Source of the DNA: Escherichia phage muut
DNA length: 64,000 nucleotides
Reading direction: 5' to 3' (one strand)
Sequence record: NC_052657.1
A program made the position numbers and the translations under genes. Shown piece after piece: positions 53,735 to 63,896 of the stretch. The notes below the pieces were generated by a model, which worked only from the letters and a program-made list of their open reading frames with translations, made no database searches and was not told where the DNA came from. The first letter of the stretch is position 1. Each line of letters begins with the position of its first letter.

Positions 53735-54077
53735 CGTATTTGATCTGTCAGGTTTAGATATGGAAAAAGCAACCCTGTATCATCACGATAAAGATAACAT
53801 TACGTACATCTACATCGGAGCAGATAAATATAACATTCCTGAAAACTCCTTGGCAGTAGCGAAGAAAGGGAATATGCCTTTGCAAGAGAAGATGATTGGT
53901 TTTTCCTTTCGTCAAGATGTTAAGCTGGATGGCGTTATTGCTATCTTCCAGGTGGACGAGTTTTATATGGTTACTTTTGTCACACCAAATTTCACCAATA
54001 TCAATGGGGAAGAGGCAGCAAACGATGTTATTGTTCTAAATTTGGGTAATGCCTTAAAAGATTTAGAAAACGTTTAA
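53712..54077 (+). CDS. hypothetical protein (121 aa)
   Basis: ATG with GGGAGGA RBS 75 nt inside ORF-track ORF. Confidence 0.5.
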   Translation: MKTTQEINVFDLSGLDMEKATLYHHDKDNITYIYIGADKYNIPENSLAVAKKGNMPLQEKMIGFSFRQDVKLDGVIAIFQVDEFYMVTFVTPNFTNINGEEAANDVIVLNLGNALKDLENV

Positions 54078-54098
54078 TAAACCAATAAGGAAAATATA

Positions 54099-54614
54099 AT
54101 GTTTTTTGATGCTCAATCTCCACTTGTTGACTCTGTAAGCAGAGCGGTAATATACCCAGACTTTGATGAAAGAGAAATATGGCTTAAGGAACACCACTAT
54201 GATCCAGAAAATGTCAACTGGTGTAATCTGGATGTTGGTAAGTATCCGCGAGATAAGGGCATCTTGAAATATTATGCTTGCTACACGGTGGATAACATCT
54301 ATGAATACTACGTGTTTCGTAGTTTGATTATCCATCTAAATAAATTGGGTGCTCTAACAGGGGATTCTCAATTCACTCTAGGCCACTATAAACCATTTAA
54401 AAAAGGTGGAGAGCACTTTCCAAGCAATTGGATTATACAAACATTAAAAGATAATTCTCGTGCTAGTGATGTTATACCGGACAAAAAAGAAAAGTGGACA
54501 TGGCATGAGCAAATGGAGTATATTATACAACATATGCCACAACGTGTATTGTACGAGGAAAAGTTGGTCAACCGTTGTGCCGAGTTAATACAAATTGTTA
54601 AGGGGTTTTACTAG
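54099..54614 (+). CDS. hypothetical protein (171 aa)
   Basis: AAGGAA RBS. Confidence 0.5.
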   Translation: MFFDAQSPLVDSVSRAVIYPDFDEREIWLKEHHYDPENVNWCNLDVGKYPRDKGILKYYACYTVDNIYEYYVFRSLIIHLNKLGALTGDSQFTLGHYKPFKKGGEHFPSNWIIQTLKDNSRASDVIPDKKEKWTWHEQMEYIIQHMPQRVLYEEKLVNRCAELIQIVKGFY

Positions 54615-54622
54615 GGGGAAAT

Positions 54623-55099
54623 ATGTCTAAACGTTTTGGTCGTAATCAAAAAAGAAAGTTAAGTGCTCAACTAGCAGCTTTGCAAAAAGAGGTTAACACT
54701 TTACAAAAAAGTGTTTGTGAACTTAAGGAACAAAACCAACTTGAAAAAGAGTGTATCCAGCTTACACAGGAAGTTATTGGTGAGTATTTTCCTTCACTAG
54801 TTCCTAAGAAGGTGGCTCTTAGGGAAAATCTACCTTTTACCTTGTCCTTGATGCAAGCAAATAATAGATTCCAAACTGAAACTGATGATTTGATGTTTGC
54901 AATGCATCAATTACATGGTTTAGAATATACAGCACAAGTGGATAAACTTCGTAACATGTTATATGTGCGGGTAGAAACACCTAAAGGTGAGACAGTAGCT
55001 TTTAATTATAATTTCCAACAGCTACCTGATCATATTATTGAACAAATTTTAAAACGAGATTTTGTTCCTATGCTTGTTAAACAAATTAAGAGAGGTTGA
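54623..55099 (+). CDS. hypothetical protein with coiled-coil N-terminus (158 aa)
   Basis: GGGGGA RBS. Confidence 0.5.
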   Translation: MSKRFGRNQKRKLSAQLAALQKEVNTLQKSVCELKEQNQLEKECIQLTQEVIGEYFPSLVPKKVALRENLPFTLSLMQANNRFQTETDDLMFAMHQLHGLEYTAQVDKLRNMLYVRVETPKGETVAFNYNFQQLPDHIIEQILKRDFVPMLVKQIKRG

Positions 55100-55100
55100 A

Positions 55101-57875
55101 ATGGCTAAGAAAGAGTTGAGCTTCACTCCAACAGAAGAGCAAACAGCTATTAAGGAGGCTTTTCCAGACCATCGCTTTTTAACTATCCAAGCTAAATCTG
55201 GATCAGGCAAAACGTCAACACTTTATTTGCTGGCTAACAGTACAGAAGATCGCATTCTTTACTTAGCTTTCAATAAAAGCATGGCAGAAGAAGCACGACG
55301 TAAGATGCCACCAAATGTAGAATGCCGTACATTGCATTCTATTTGCTATCAATTCCTGGATCATCGTTTACGTGCAAAACTGTCACGACCAGAAGGACAG
55401 TATGTTAACGTTGCAGGTACAGGTAGTGAGATAGCAAAGAAATTTAAGATTAATAATCTTATTGATAAACGAGGGAAAACACTTTTAACTCGTGCCATGA
55501 TTGGTTTAATGATCAAGCAAACAGTAGGTAAGTTTGAATTTTCGGATGATCCTTTTATCAGCCGTAAACATTTTCCTAGTGTACATCTTGCAGATATTAA
55601 AAGAAAAGGTATTAACGAACACAAACTAATTACAGAAGTAGTTAAGTATGCAAAACAATTGTGGCGAGAGCGCATTGATCCTAATACAGATACTTTGATG
55701 ACGCATGACACCTATGTAAAATTGTTTGAATTGTCTGGTGCTGATCTTGGTTATGATATTATTTTTGGTGATGAATTCCAGGATGTTAACCCTGCATTCT
55801 TGTCTATTTTGCGAAATGCTAAATCTGCAAAACAAATTGTGGTAGTTGGCGATGAATTCCAATGTGTGTCAGAAAACACGGTACTTAATACCGAGAATGG
55901 TCAGGTTACAATGAAAGACCTGCAAATCGGTGATAAGGTAGAGTCTTATTCTAATGGTAAAGTTACATTTAGAAAAGTAACAAATAAAACTTTATCTACA
56001 CGTACAAAAGGTAGGAATATTATTACTACTAAAGGTAAAACTTTAGATATGACACATAATCATCGTATTTGGGCTTCACCTTATGTTCTGAAAGATGATC
56101 AAATGGTGGTATATCTAATGTGGAGGAAAGATTTAGGTTTCCGAGTAGGAATTACTAACAAATTCGATGATAAAGAAGGTTTTTCTAAACTGGGGCAACG
56201 TACACGTTCTGAAAAAGCACAGAAATTATGGGTGTTGGATATTGTTGAAAATCGCGAAGCTGCTATGGAAAAAGAAATGGCATACAGTTTACAATATGGC
56301 ATTCCTACTTGTGTATTTGAAGCAAGTTCACGCGGCATTAATCAAGAAAGGATCAATAACATCTTTGAACAATTCGGACAAAATGGTTTTAAACTTTTAG
56401 AGGATAAAGATTATCATTTTGCTTATCCACACTGGCACAGCATCAATTGTGCAGTAGATGAAAGAAAAATGCTAACAGTGACTTTGCGAGCACAAGGTTG
56501 TAAAGGAACACAAGTTAGTTTTGAGTGGACAGAAAGTGAAATGCCGATCTATTCTTCACTGATTAAAGCAGGTGTAAGCGTAAGTGCTGCTAAATTGGAA
56601 GGTCGTTACCGTGTACGTAAATATTTCAATTCTTATCGTGAAGCATTGAGTTTTGCACAAAAGATCCTTGAAATAGTTCCGTTTGCATCTTTAAAAGAAT
56701 GCATGTCCTCTGTGAACAGTGCCAAATATAACTTAATTCCGGCAGCGGGTTTGTTTAAAGGCATGTCTGTGTTGGTAAAAGATGGTGATACTGTAACGGC
56801 AGAAGAGATTGTGGACATTGTAGATAGTGAGGGTATCTATTATGATATTGAAGTAGAGGATACTGCTAACTTCTTTGGCAATGAAATTCTTAGCCACAAC
56901 TGCATTTATCAATTTAGAGGTAGCTCTAATATGATGATTGAAACAGCTAAGTATGGGGCAGAACTTCCATTAACTGCTTGCTTCCGTTTTGGCCCCAAAG
57001 TGGCAAACATTGCCAATATGATTTTAAGCGATAAAGAACCTTTGCGTCATCCTTTGGTTGGTAAAGGCTTTGATACTGTAGTAGGTAGCTACAAATCAGA
57101 TGTTGTAGACTATACAAAACCTTACACTATCATCTTTCGCAAGAATTTAACCTTGCTTATGGAGGCAATGGATCGTATTGCAGATGGGGAAGAAATTATT
57201 ATTAACGTAGATACCAGGGATTTTATCTCTATGGTAGATAGTGTTAATGCTCTTCGGAGAGGAGATATTGAGAAAGTAAAACATGAAACTGTATTACCTT
57301 ACGCAGACTGGGATGAATTTGTTGAGTGTGCAGAGGCTGATCCAGATGCTAAACGCTTGTTAAACATCGTAGTTTCTGGTAAGGCGAACACTATAGCACA
57401 TACACTTAGAACGCATAGAAATTCTCCTACAGCAAAAGTCACACTTACTACAGCACACAAGTCTAAAGGTTTGGAGTGGGATCAGGTTATTGTTGCTAAT
57501 GATTTTCCTTCCAACTATGATAAAAAGACTGGTGAATGGGTAGGACTGGAAGAGGCAGAGCGAAACCTACTGTATGTAGCGCATACCCGTTGTGTTAAAT
57601 GCTTACAATGGAACACAACCGTACAGGAGATTATAGATATCAATCGTGTTGCAACAGAGAAAGTACCAACAAGCACCACTTTACCGATCAATGGTATTAA
57701 ACTTGGTGTATTTGGCGCTGGCACATCTCGAAAAACTGTAGAAAAATTTGTTGCAGATTCTTTTGATGGTAACTATAATCATGCACAAGCATATGAGAGT
57801 TGGCTAGAGGAAGGTGAAGGTGATTTCTTAGGTGAAATAAATCTTTTACCAGACATAAATAAACTGGTAAACTAA
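55101..57875 (+). CDS. UvrD/Rep-like SF1 DNA helicase interrupted by an intein (precursor 924 aa)
   Basis: Walker A SGSGKT; motif II FGDEFQD; motif III VVVGDEFQ / CIYQFRG split by the intein; motif V/VI TTAHKSKGLEWD, YVAHTRC. Confidence 0.75.
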   Translation: MAKKELSFTPTEEQTAIKEAFPDHRFLTIQAKSGSGKTSTLYLLANSTEDRILYLAFNKSMAEEARRKMPPNVECRTLHSICYQFLDHRLRAKLSRPEGQYVNVAGTGSEIAKKFKINNLIDKRGKTLLTRAMIGLMIKQTVGKFEFSDDPFISRKHFPSVHLADIKRKGINEHKLITEVVKYAKQLWRERIDPNTDTLMTHDTYVKLFELSGADLGYDIIFGDEFQDVNPAFLSILRNAKSAKQIVVVGDEFQCVSENTVLNTENGQVTMKDLQIGDKVESYSNGKVTFRKVTNKTLSTRTKGRNIITTKGKTLDMTHNHRIWASPYVLKDDQMVVYLMWRKDLGFRVGITNKFDDKEGFSKLGQRTRSEKAQKLWVLDIVENREAAMEKEMAYSLQYGIPTCVFEASSRGINQERINNIFEQFGQNGFKLLEDKDYHFAYPHWHSINCAVDERKMLTVTLRAQGCKGTQVSFEWTESEMPIYSSLIKAGVSVSAAKLEGRYRVRKYFNSYREALSFAQKILEIVPFASLKECMSSVNSAKYNLIPAAGLFKGMSVLVKDGDTVTAEEIVDIVDSEGIYYDIEVEDTANFFGNEILSHNCIYQFRGSSNMMIETAKYGAELPLTACFRFGPKVANIANMILSDKEPLRHPLVGKGFDTVVGSYKSDVVDYTKPYTIIFRKNLTLLMEAMDRIADGEEIIINVDTRDFISMVDSVNALRRGDIEKVKHETVLPYADWDEFVECAEADPDAKRLLNIVVSGKANTIAHTLRTHRNSPTAKVTLTTAHKSKGLEWDQVIVANDFPSNYDKKTGEWVGLEEAERNLLYVAHTRCVKCLQWNTTVQEIIDINRVATEKVPTSTTLPINGIKLGVFGAGTSRKTVEKFVADSFDGNYNHAQAYESWLEEGEGDFLGEINLLPDINKLVN
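55863..56900 (+). mobile_element. intein (346 aa) with central endonuclease-size insert
   Basis: Begins Cys (CVSENTVL), block B TLDMTHNH, ends ...FFGNEILSHN followed by Cys+1; in frame. Confidence 0.7.
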
Positions 57876-57885
57876 GGGGGTTAAA

Positions 57886-58137
57886 GTGGCAGGGTATCAT
57901 CTGAAGGAGATTAGCAAAGAGGAATATGGTTCTGTTGCTAAGATTCAAGAAGAGCTTTATGAACTTCAGGATGCTATTGATCAAGATTGCAAGCTGATGC
58001 AACTTATTGAGTTATCAGATATTGTAGGCGCTGTTGAAGGTGTTCTTGAACAGCATTTTCCTGATATGACGCTTCAAGATTTGATCACTATGTCGAACAT
58101 TACTAAACGTGCATTCCGCAATGGAGGTCGCTCATGA
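57886..58137 (+). CDS. MazG-like all-alpha NTP pyrophosphohydrolase (83 aa)
   Basis: GTG start with AAGGGGG RBS; EE..S...IQEELYELQDAI...LSDIVGAVEGVLEQ pattern. Confidence 0.4.
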   Translation: MAGYHLKEISKEEYGSVAKIQEELYELQDAIDQDCKLMQLIELSDIVGAVEGVLEQHFPDMTLQDLITMSNITKRAFRNGGRS

Positions 58138-58706
58138 ATGTTGAAGTAATAGCTCAAGCTATTGATTACTATGGTCGGTTTGCACAAATGTTGGAAGTTC
58201 CATATCTCGTGGATGCTGATATACTGGCGTACACACTACCAGAAAATAAAGAGGATCGCCCATTAGGGCATCCTAACGGTAAATATTATGTAGCCAGTGC
58301 AGAACAATCTTTCCTGCAAATGGAGAAGGATGGTTTTGAATTTGCAGCAGGTAATCCTTATATGGCACTAACACCATGTTACCGTACAGAAGAAAATTTA
58401 GATGATACTCATTTTAATATTTTCTTGAAATTGGAGTTGATTGAGTTCTATCCTGATGCTACAATTGAAGAGTATGCTAACTCTATGCGCTGTTTCTTCT
58501 CTACTTACTATGGAGTTAAAACATATTTAGTACCCACTAATATTGGGGTTGACGTAGAAGATGAATATGGTTTAGAATTAGGTTCATTCGGTATAAGGGA
58601 GTCTCCAAAAGGTCATCCTTATATCTATGCAACAGGTATTGCGGAGCCTAGGGCTTCACTGGCAATAAACCGTGTTGTAAATAAGATTCAAAGCATTAGC
58701 AAATAA
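58134..58706 (+). CDS. hypothetical protein with weak class II ligase-like motifs (190 aa)
   Basis: GGAGG RBS; CYRTEE and GIAEPR segments only. Confidence 0.4.
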   Translation: MNVEVIAQAIDYYGRFAQMLEVPYLVDADILAYTLPENKEDRPLGHPNGKYYVASAEQSFLQMEKDGFEFAAGNPYMALTPCYRTEENLDDTHFNIFLKLELIEFYPDATIEEYANSMRCFFSTYYGVKTYLVPTNIGVDVEDEYGLELGSFGIRESPKGHPYIYATGIAEPRASLAINRVVNKIQSISK

Positions 58707-58718
58707 GAGGAGAATAGA

Positions 58719-59153
58719 ATGTCTATTGTGACACAAATGAAAGCAGATCGTATCTTAGCACGTACAACCGATAAGGGTGCTTTTGCTTTGTTAACTAATA
58801 TTATTGGTGAGTTTGACCTTGCTCGTACTCAAAAGGCAAATCTAAATAAATCAGAAGATGATATTATGATTAACATTGTTAAGATTGGTATTGCACACGC
58901 TAAAGAGGAACTAGACTCGCTTAAGAAAGTTAATGCCTCCATTAGCAAATGTGAGCGAGCTATGCGTGATATCACCATTCTGGAAAAATATTTGCCAGAA
59001 ATGCTATCTGAAGATGATCTTCGAGCTATTGCTGAAGAATTTGCCTTGACAGGCAAGAAAATGCCAGATATGATGAAACACCTTAAAGCAGAGTATCCGA
59101 ATCAATATGATGGAAAACTTGCTTCTACCATTGCAAAAGAAATTTTAAACTAA
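58719..59153 (+). CDS. GatB/YqeY-domain protein
   Basis: LEKYLPEMLSEDDLRAIAEE and DGKLASTIAKEIL match the YqeY family pattern. Confidence 0.65.
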   Translation: MSIVTQMKADRILARTTDKGAFALLTNIIGEFDLARTQKANLNKSEDDIMINIVKIGIAHAKEELDSLKKVNASISKCERAMRDITILEKYLPEMLSEDDLRAIAEEFALTGKKMPDMMKHLKAEYPNQYDGKLASTIAKEILN

Positions 59154-59170
59154 TTTAGAAGGAGAACATA

Positions 59171-60121
59171 ATGATTGCATTTTACGCTAATAAACTGGAA
59201 GTTAAAAAAGCAGCAGAAGAGATGGGTATCCTGCATATTCTTAACGAAGCAATTCACAAGAGTTTTGGTTACACAACTGAAGCAGAAATCAATGATCTGA
59301 TTCACAGTGTTAATGATTTGTTCTTCTACCCTAACTTTCTACAGCAGTTAGATGGTTGTGGATTTGAATATATGGAGCTTCATCCTGAATATACATTTAT
59401 GGAAGTAACACCTGAAGGTTTTCTGGAGATTATTCGTACTGAATATCTTGCTAAAGAGGATAAAGAAAAAGATATGGCTGAAAAAGTACAACTGACTGTG
59501 CATAATACGTGTTTCCTGGATACTGAGGCCACGGAAGAAAATATTAATTATCTGCTTTCCGTTTGTAATCCTCGTTGTCCACAACCACATTGGAAAAATG
59601 CAGATCATTATCTAATGTATTCAACTGAAGAAAACATTACTTTCTTCGATGAAAACAGTGGTATTAATGGTGCACATAAGAATTCTCCATATAGGAAAGA
59701 TCGGTTTGTAGTTGATGTAAAAACATTTACTAAACTGTTTGAGGAGTATTATTCAAAAAATGAAAGTAAGACTGAATCTTCACCAAAACCACGTTTTCGC
59801 CGACCGCGTAAACCTGTGCCTACTCGTTCTGTAAGTTATGTTCGTATCATTTACACTACGCAGCAGGTATATACTCTTAAGAACGTAAGCACTCTTACTG
59901 TACAAGAAGATGTAATTAATATTGTGCGTAATAATGTTATTACAGAGGGTATTGAGGAAAAGATTATGTCTGTTATCGATCCTAAACTTGTTATGGCAAT
60001 CATTATTAATGAACCAAAAGGTGTAACAACATTGTTCCGAAATATTCATGGTACTTGGGAAACTCAAGTTGACGGTTTGACTTCTGACGGTTGTACACGT
60101 ATTACCAAAAACCTTGACTAA
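59171..60121 (+). CDS. hypothetical protein (316 aa)
   Basis: AAGGAG RBS. Confidence 0.5.
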   Translation: MIAFYANKLEVKKAAEEMGILHILNEAIHKSFGYTTEAEINDLIHSVNDLFFYPNFLQQLDGCGFEYMELHPEYTFMEVTPEGFLEIIRTEYLAKEDKEKDMAEKVQLTVHNTCFLDTEATEENINYLLSVCNPRCPQPHWKNADHYLMYSTEENITFFDENSGINGAHKNSPYRKDRFVVDVKTFTKLFEEYYSKNESKTESSPKPRFRRPRKPVPTRSVSYVRIIYTTQQVYTLKNVSTLTVQEDVINIVRNNVITEGIEEKIMSVIDPKLVMAIIINEPKGVTTLFRNIHGTWETQVDGLTSDGCTRITKNLD

Positions 60122-60169
60122 GATCAAGGACAATCTTACGAAAAAGATTTAAAATAAAGATCCACCCTA

Positions 60170-60198
60170 AAGCCAGCTTAATGCTGGCTTTTATTTTC
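60170..60198 (+). terminator. rho-independent terminator
   Basis: AAGCCAGC-TTAAT-GCTGGCTT then TTATTTTC. Confidence 0.55.
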
Positions 60199-60210
60199 CA
60201 CGGAGGATTA

Positions 60211-62010
60211 ATGACCCAAAAACTATATGAGGATGTAATCGGATTCCTCGAACAAACATCCGAAGAATTTACTCGTGAAAATGCAAACAAACCTGCAATG
60301 ATTGTTAATACTCACCGAGACTTACTAGCAGGTATCCTAAGCAAGCACATGGCAATGACCCATATTTTACCGGAAGATCTAGCAGAATGGCATAAAAGTG
60401 GGTATGGTCACATTCACGATTTAGATTATTTACTCTCACCTCTAACTAATTGTTGCCTGGTAAATTACCAAGATATGCTTGAGAACGGTTTCCGTATTGG
60501 TAATGCACATATTGAAAAACCAAAATCTATTGGCGTAGCAACTACTGTCCTAACTCAAATTATTCAAGCAGTAGCTTCTAGCCAATATGGTGGACAAACT
60601 TGTGCACATATTGATACTGGGCTTAGTCAATACGTTAAAGCAAGTTTTAACAAAATATATGCCGATGTTGGCGATTATGATATTGCTATGCGTATGGTAG
60701 ATAAACAGGTTTACGATGCAATGCAAACTTTAATCTACCAGGTGAACACCCTAATGAGTGTAAATGGTCAGTCACCTTTTATAACAATTAGTTTAGGTTT
60801 GGATACCTCTGCTTTTGGTAGAATGATCACTAAAAACTACCTAATGGTGCACAAACAAGGATTAGGAAAAGATAGGGTAACTCCTGTGTTTCCTAAAGTT
60901 ATCTTCTTCTTGGAAGATGGTGTTAACATGAAAGCTGGCGATCCAAACTATGATTTGAAGCAACTGGCAATGGAGTGTTGTGCTGAACGCATTTATCCTG
61001 ATTTTATCTCTGTACCTTTAAACAAAGAAGTTACAGGATCTTCAGATGGTCGCGTCACAAGCATGGGTTGCCGTAGTTTCTTGTCATACTATGCAACAGA
61101 GCAAGGTGAAAAATATGATGGTCGTTTCAATTTAGGCGTAGTTTCTTTAAACTTACCTATCATTGCAGCAGAGTCCCGTGAAAAGGGCATCTTATTTACT
61201 GAACTGTTGGAACAACATATGGAGATGGCGTATAAGGCACATATGCTACGTGTTAACCGTATTAGACATACCAAAGCATCTCAAAACCCTACATTGTTTA
61301 TGGAAGGGGCTTTAGCTCGACTAGAAGCTAATGAAGAGATTGGTAAACTATTCGAAGGTGGTTATGCCTCTATTAGTATCGGTTATGTAGGTTTAGCAGA
61401 AGCTATGGAGATTTTATACCCAGGTAACACCAATCCAAAAGCAATGGGTAAAAACATCCTTCAATATATGAAGGATATCTGTGGCACATTTAAAGAACGT
61501 TCTGGTTTAGCTTTTAGTTTGTATGGAACACCAGCAGAATCCTTGTGCTATAAATTTGCCAAAGCATTAAATGATCGCTATCCTGGTTCTATTGATCGTG
61601 ACTACTTGACAAACTCTTTCCATCAACCTGTGTGGATGCACACTACCCCGTTCCAAAAGTGGGATTATGAGGAAGGTTTTGCACAAATCAGTAATGGTGG
61701 GAACATAGGTTATGTAGAAACACCAAACCTTAAAAATAACTTGCAAGCACTGGAAACTCTTGTAGATTATGCCTACAACAAAATTCCTTATTTTGGCGTG
61801 AACCAACCTGTAGATCAGTGTTTCAAATGTGGTTTTCATGGTGAATTTAAGGCAACAGCTAAAGGCTTCGAGTGTCCAAGTTGTGGCAATCATGAGGAAG
61901 AATCTATATCTGTAATCAGAAGAGTGTCAGGATATCTTTCTGCCCCTAACTCTCGCCCTTATAATAAAGGTAAAATGCAAGAGGTATTAGAAAGGGAGAA
62001 ACATTTTTGA
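60211..62010 (+). CDS. nrdD: anaerobic ribonucleoside-triphosphate reductase (class III)
   Basis: ATG with GGAGG RBS; C-terminal glycyl-radical motif RVSGYL and CxxC...CxxC zinc site. Confidence 0.9.
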   Translation: MTQKLYEDVIGFLEQTSEEFTRENANKPAMIVNTHRDLLAGILSKHMAMTHILPEDLAEWHKSGYGHIHDLDYLLSPLTNCCLVNYQDMLENGFRIGNAHIEKPKSIGVATTVLTQIIQAVASSQYGGQTCAHIDTGLSQYVKASFNKIYADVGDYDIAMRMVDKQVYDAMQTLIYQVNTLMSVNGQSPFITISLGLDTSAFGRMITKNYLMVHKQGLGKDRVTPVFPKVIFFLEDGVNMKAGDPNYDLKQLAMECCAERIYPDFISVPLNKEVTGSSDGRVTSMGCRSFLSYYATEQGEKYDGRFNLGVVSLNLPIIAAESREKGILFTELLEQHMEMAYKAHMLRVNRIRHTKASQNPTLFMEGALARLEANEEIGKLFEGGYASISIGYVGLAEAMEILYPGNTNPKAMGKNILQYMKDICGTFKERSGLAFSLYGTPAESLCYKFAKALNDRYPGSIDRDYLTNSFHQPVWMHTTPFQKWDYEEGFAQISNGGNIGYVETPNLKNNLQALETLVDYAYNKIPYFGVNQPVDQCFKCGFHGEFKATAKGFECPSCGNHEEESISVIRRVSGYLSAPNSRPYNKGKMQEVLEREKHF

Positions 62011-62477
62011 ATTACGCCGGATATGAACCTGTTGACATGCTCAACGGTGACGGTGTAAGATGCTCTTTGTGGGTGAGCGGTTGTAGCCACGGTTGCCGTG
62101 GCTGCTTTAACCAGAAAGCCTGGTCGTATAACTACGGACAAGAGTTCACTACTGAAACATTAGATCTTATCTTGAAAGATTTATCTCGACCTTTCATTAA
62201 AGGATTAACAGTTTTAGGTGGTGAACCTCTTGACAAAGAGAACATTGACACTGTAGCGTATGTTCTTGAGAAGGTAAGAGATTGTTTTGGAAACAAAAAA
62301 GATATTGTCTTATACACAGGATATCTTTTTGAAGAAATTCCAGAGAAAATTAAAAAACTGGTTGACATAGTGATAGATGGTAAGTATGATATGAATCAAC
62401 CAACAACGAAACGTTATAGAGGCTCAGATAATCAACGAATGTGGGTTAAGAAAGACAACATTTGGGAATCTGACTAA
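62007..62477 (+). CDS. nrdG: anaerobic RNR activating enzyme (radical SAM)
   Basis: TTG start overlapping nrdD stop; MNYAGYEPVD N-terminus; cysteine cluster CSHGCRGC. Confidence 0.85.
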   Translation: MNYAGYEPVDMLNGDGVRCSLWVSGCSHGCRGCFNQKAWSYNYGQEFTTETLDLILKDLSRPFIKGLTVLGGEPLDKENIDTVAYVLEKVRDCFGNKKDIVLYTGYLFEEIPEKIKKLVDIVIDGKYDMNQPTTKRYRGSDNQRMWVKKDNIWESD

Positions 62478-62497
62478 ATTAAATAGAGGAGAAAACT

Positions 62498-63658
62498 ATG
62501 TTTACAGTATTCGGCAATCAAATCTTCCTGCGTCAGAAATCTGGTACAGATATTGAAGAAATTCCAGCAGGAACTTTTGGTGTAGGTGTTACTCAAAGTG
62601 GTGAGTTCTTCCTGTATCCTAAAAACGATATGGAAGTGCCTTCAGTAACATACGGTGATACTGATGATAAATCAGAACGTATTATCAAAACGTTCCTTAG
62701 CCGCAAAGGTAAAAACACAGGTGTTCTCCTTGAGGGTACGAAAGGTAGCGGTAAAACTTTGCAAGCTAAAATGCTGTCTTCTGCTCTTCGTGAAATGGGT
62801 ATTCCTACTATTTCTATCGGCAGTGCTTTTAATGGCGAAGGTTTTATCAATTTTATGTCTAAAATCACACAACCTGTGATGATTATGATCGATGAATTTG
62901 ATAAACTGTATGCTGAAAAAGATGCACAAGATGGTTTGCTTACCCTGTTGGATGGTGTTGGTGGCTACGACAAACTGTTTGTATTGACTAAAAATGATGG
63001 TTATGTATCAGAATTTTTGCGTAATCGTCCTAGCCGTATTTTCTACAGTTTTAGCTATAAGAAACTACCTAAAGCTACTATGGATGATTATCTGGCTAAA
63101 AATCTGGAGAACAAAGCCTTCTTACCAGATTTTGAAACGCTTTATAATCTCTCCGTGGATTTGAACTTTGATATTGTTCAGTCATTAGTAGAAGAACTTA
63201 ACCGTTACCCTAATGACAAATTCTCTGATGCACTTGCATTGATGGGTATCAGTATTACTGAACACCGCTATGCTGCAAAAGAGGTTAAACTTCTGAAAGT
63301 TAACGGTGTAGATCGTACAGGAGATGTTTCGTCAGATACCGATATTGACGGTATGACAGCACAAGGTTTGTTTAGCGGTAATCGTTATGTTGTAGCTGTA
63401 GACCATAAACTAGGTGAAGAGCATCTTCCTGAAATGGAAGGGATTGTTACCGTAGAAGATAAAGATGAAGAAGGTGACTACTACTGGGGTGTAGACCGTA
63501 TCTTGCTAACGTATGATGAAAAACACATTCGTACAATGGGTGGTGACGGTTATCACTTTATGTTCACCGATGATAAAGGTAACAACATTGAAGTTGTTAT
63601 TAAAAACAAAGAACGTAAAAACTACACAGAGTATGTGTTTGGTGGTCGTTCTTACTAA
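62498..63658 (+). CDS. P-loop ATPase, paralog 2
   Basis: Walker A GTKGSGKT, Walker B IMIDEFDK; paralog of 45663..46790. Confidence 0.6.
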   Translation: MFTVFGNQIFLRQKSGTDIEEIPAGTFGVGVTQSGEFFLYPKNDMEVPSVTYGDTDDKSERIIKTFLSRKGKNTGVLLEGTKGSGKTLQAKMLSSALREMGIPTISIGSAFNGEGFINFMSKITQPVMIMIDEFDKLYAEKDAQDGLLTLLDGVGGYDKLFVLTKNDGYVSEFLRNRPSRIFYSFSYKKLPKATMDDYLAKNLENKAFLPDFETLYNLSVDLNFDIVQSLVEELNRYPNDKFSDALALMGISITEHRYAAKEVKLLKVNGVDRTGDVSSDTDIDGMTAQGLFSGNRYVVAVDHKLGEEHLPEMEGIVTVEDKDEEGDYYWGVDRILLTYDEKHIRTMGGDGYHFMFTDDKGNNIEVVIKNKERKNYTEYVFGGRSY

Positions 63659-63663
63659 GTGAT

Positions 63664-63692
63664 AAAAGGAGGCGAAAGCCTCCTTTATTTAT
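63664..63692 (+). terminator. rho-independent terminator
   Basis: AGGAGGC-GAAA-GCCTCCT then TTATTTAT. Confidence 0.55.
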
Positions 63693-63704
63693 ATGGAGGG
63701 TATT

Positions 63705-63896
63705 ATGGATCATTATTTTGTTTTTAAAGATAAAGTTGATACCGCAGGTGGTCACGTTGCTAAAAATGATCGTGACATTAAAGAAGTATTAGGAGATCTG
63801 ATTAACATTTTAGAACAAAAAGAGTTGCTTTTAGATAAGGATATTGCTAGACTTCTGGGTGTGGGGATAAGTGACATACAAAGATTACCATTCTAA
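63705..63896 (+). CDS. hypothetical protein (63 aa)
   Basis: ATG with GGAGGG RBS. Confidence 0.45.
   Translation: MDHYFVFKDKVDTAGGHVAKNDRDIKEVLGDLINILEQKELLLDKDIARLLGVGISDIQRLPF

Noticed and set aside
1247-62010. Group I introns in nrdB or nrdD (as in T4)
   Set aside because: Both reading frames are continuous and of normal length with conserved C-terminal motifs; no insertion.
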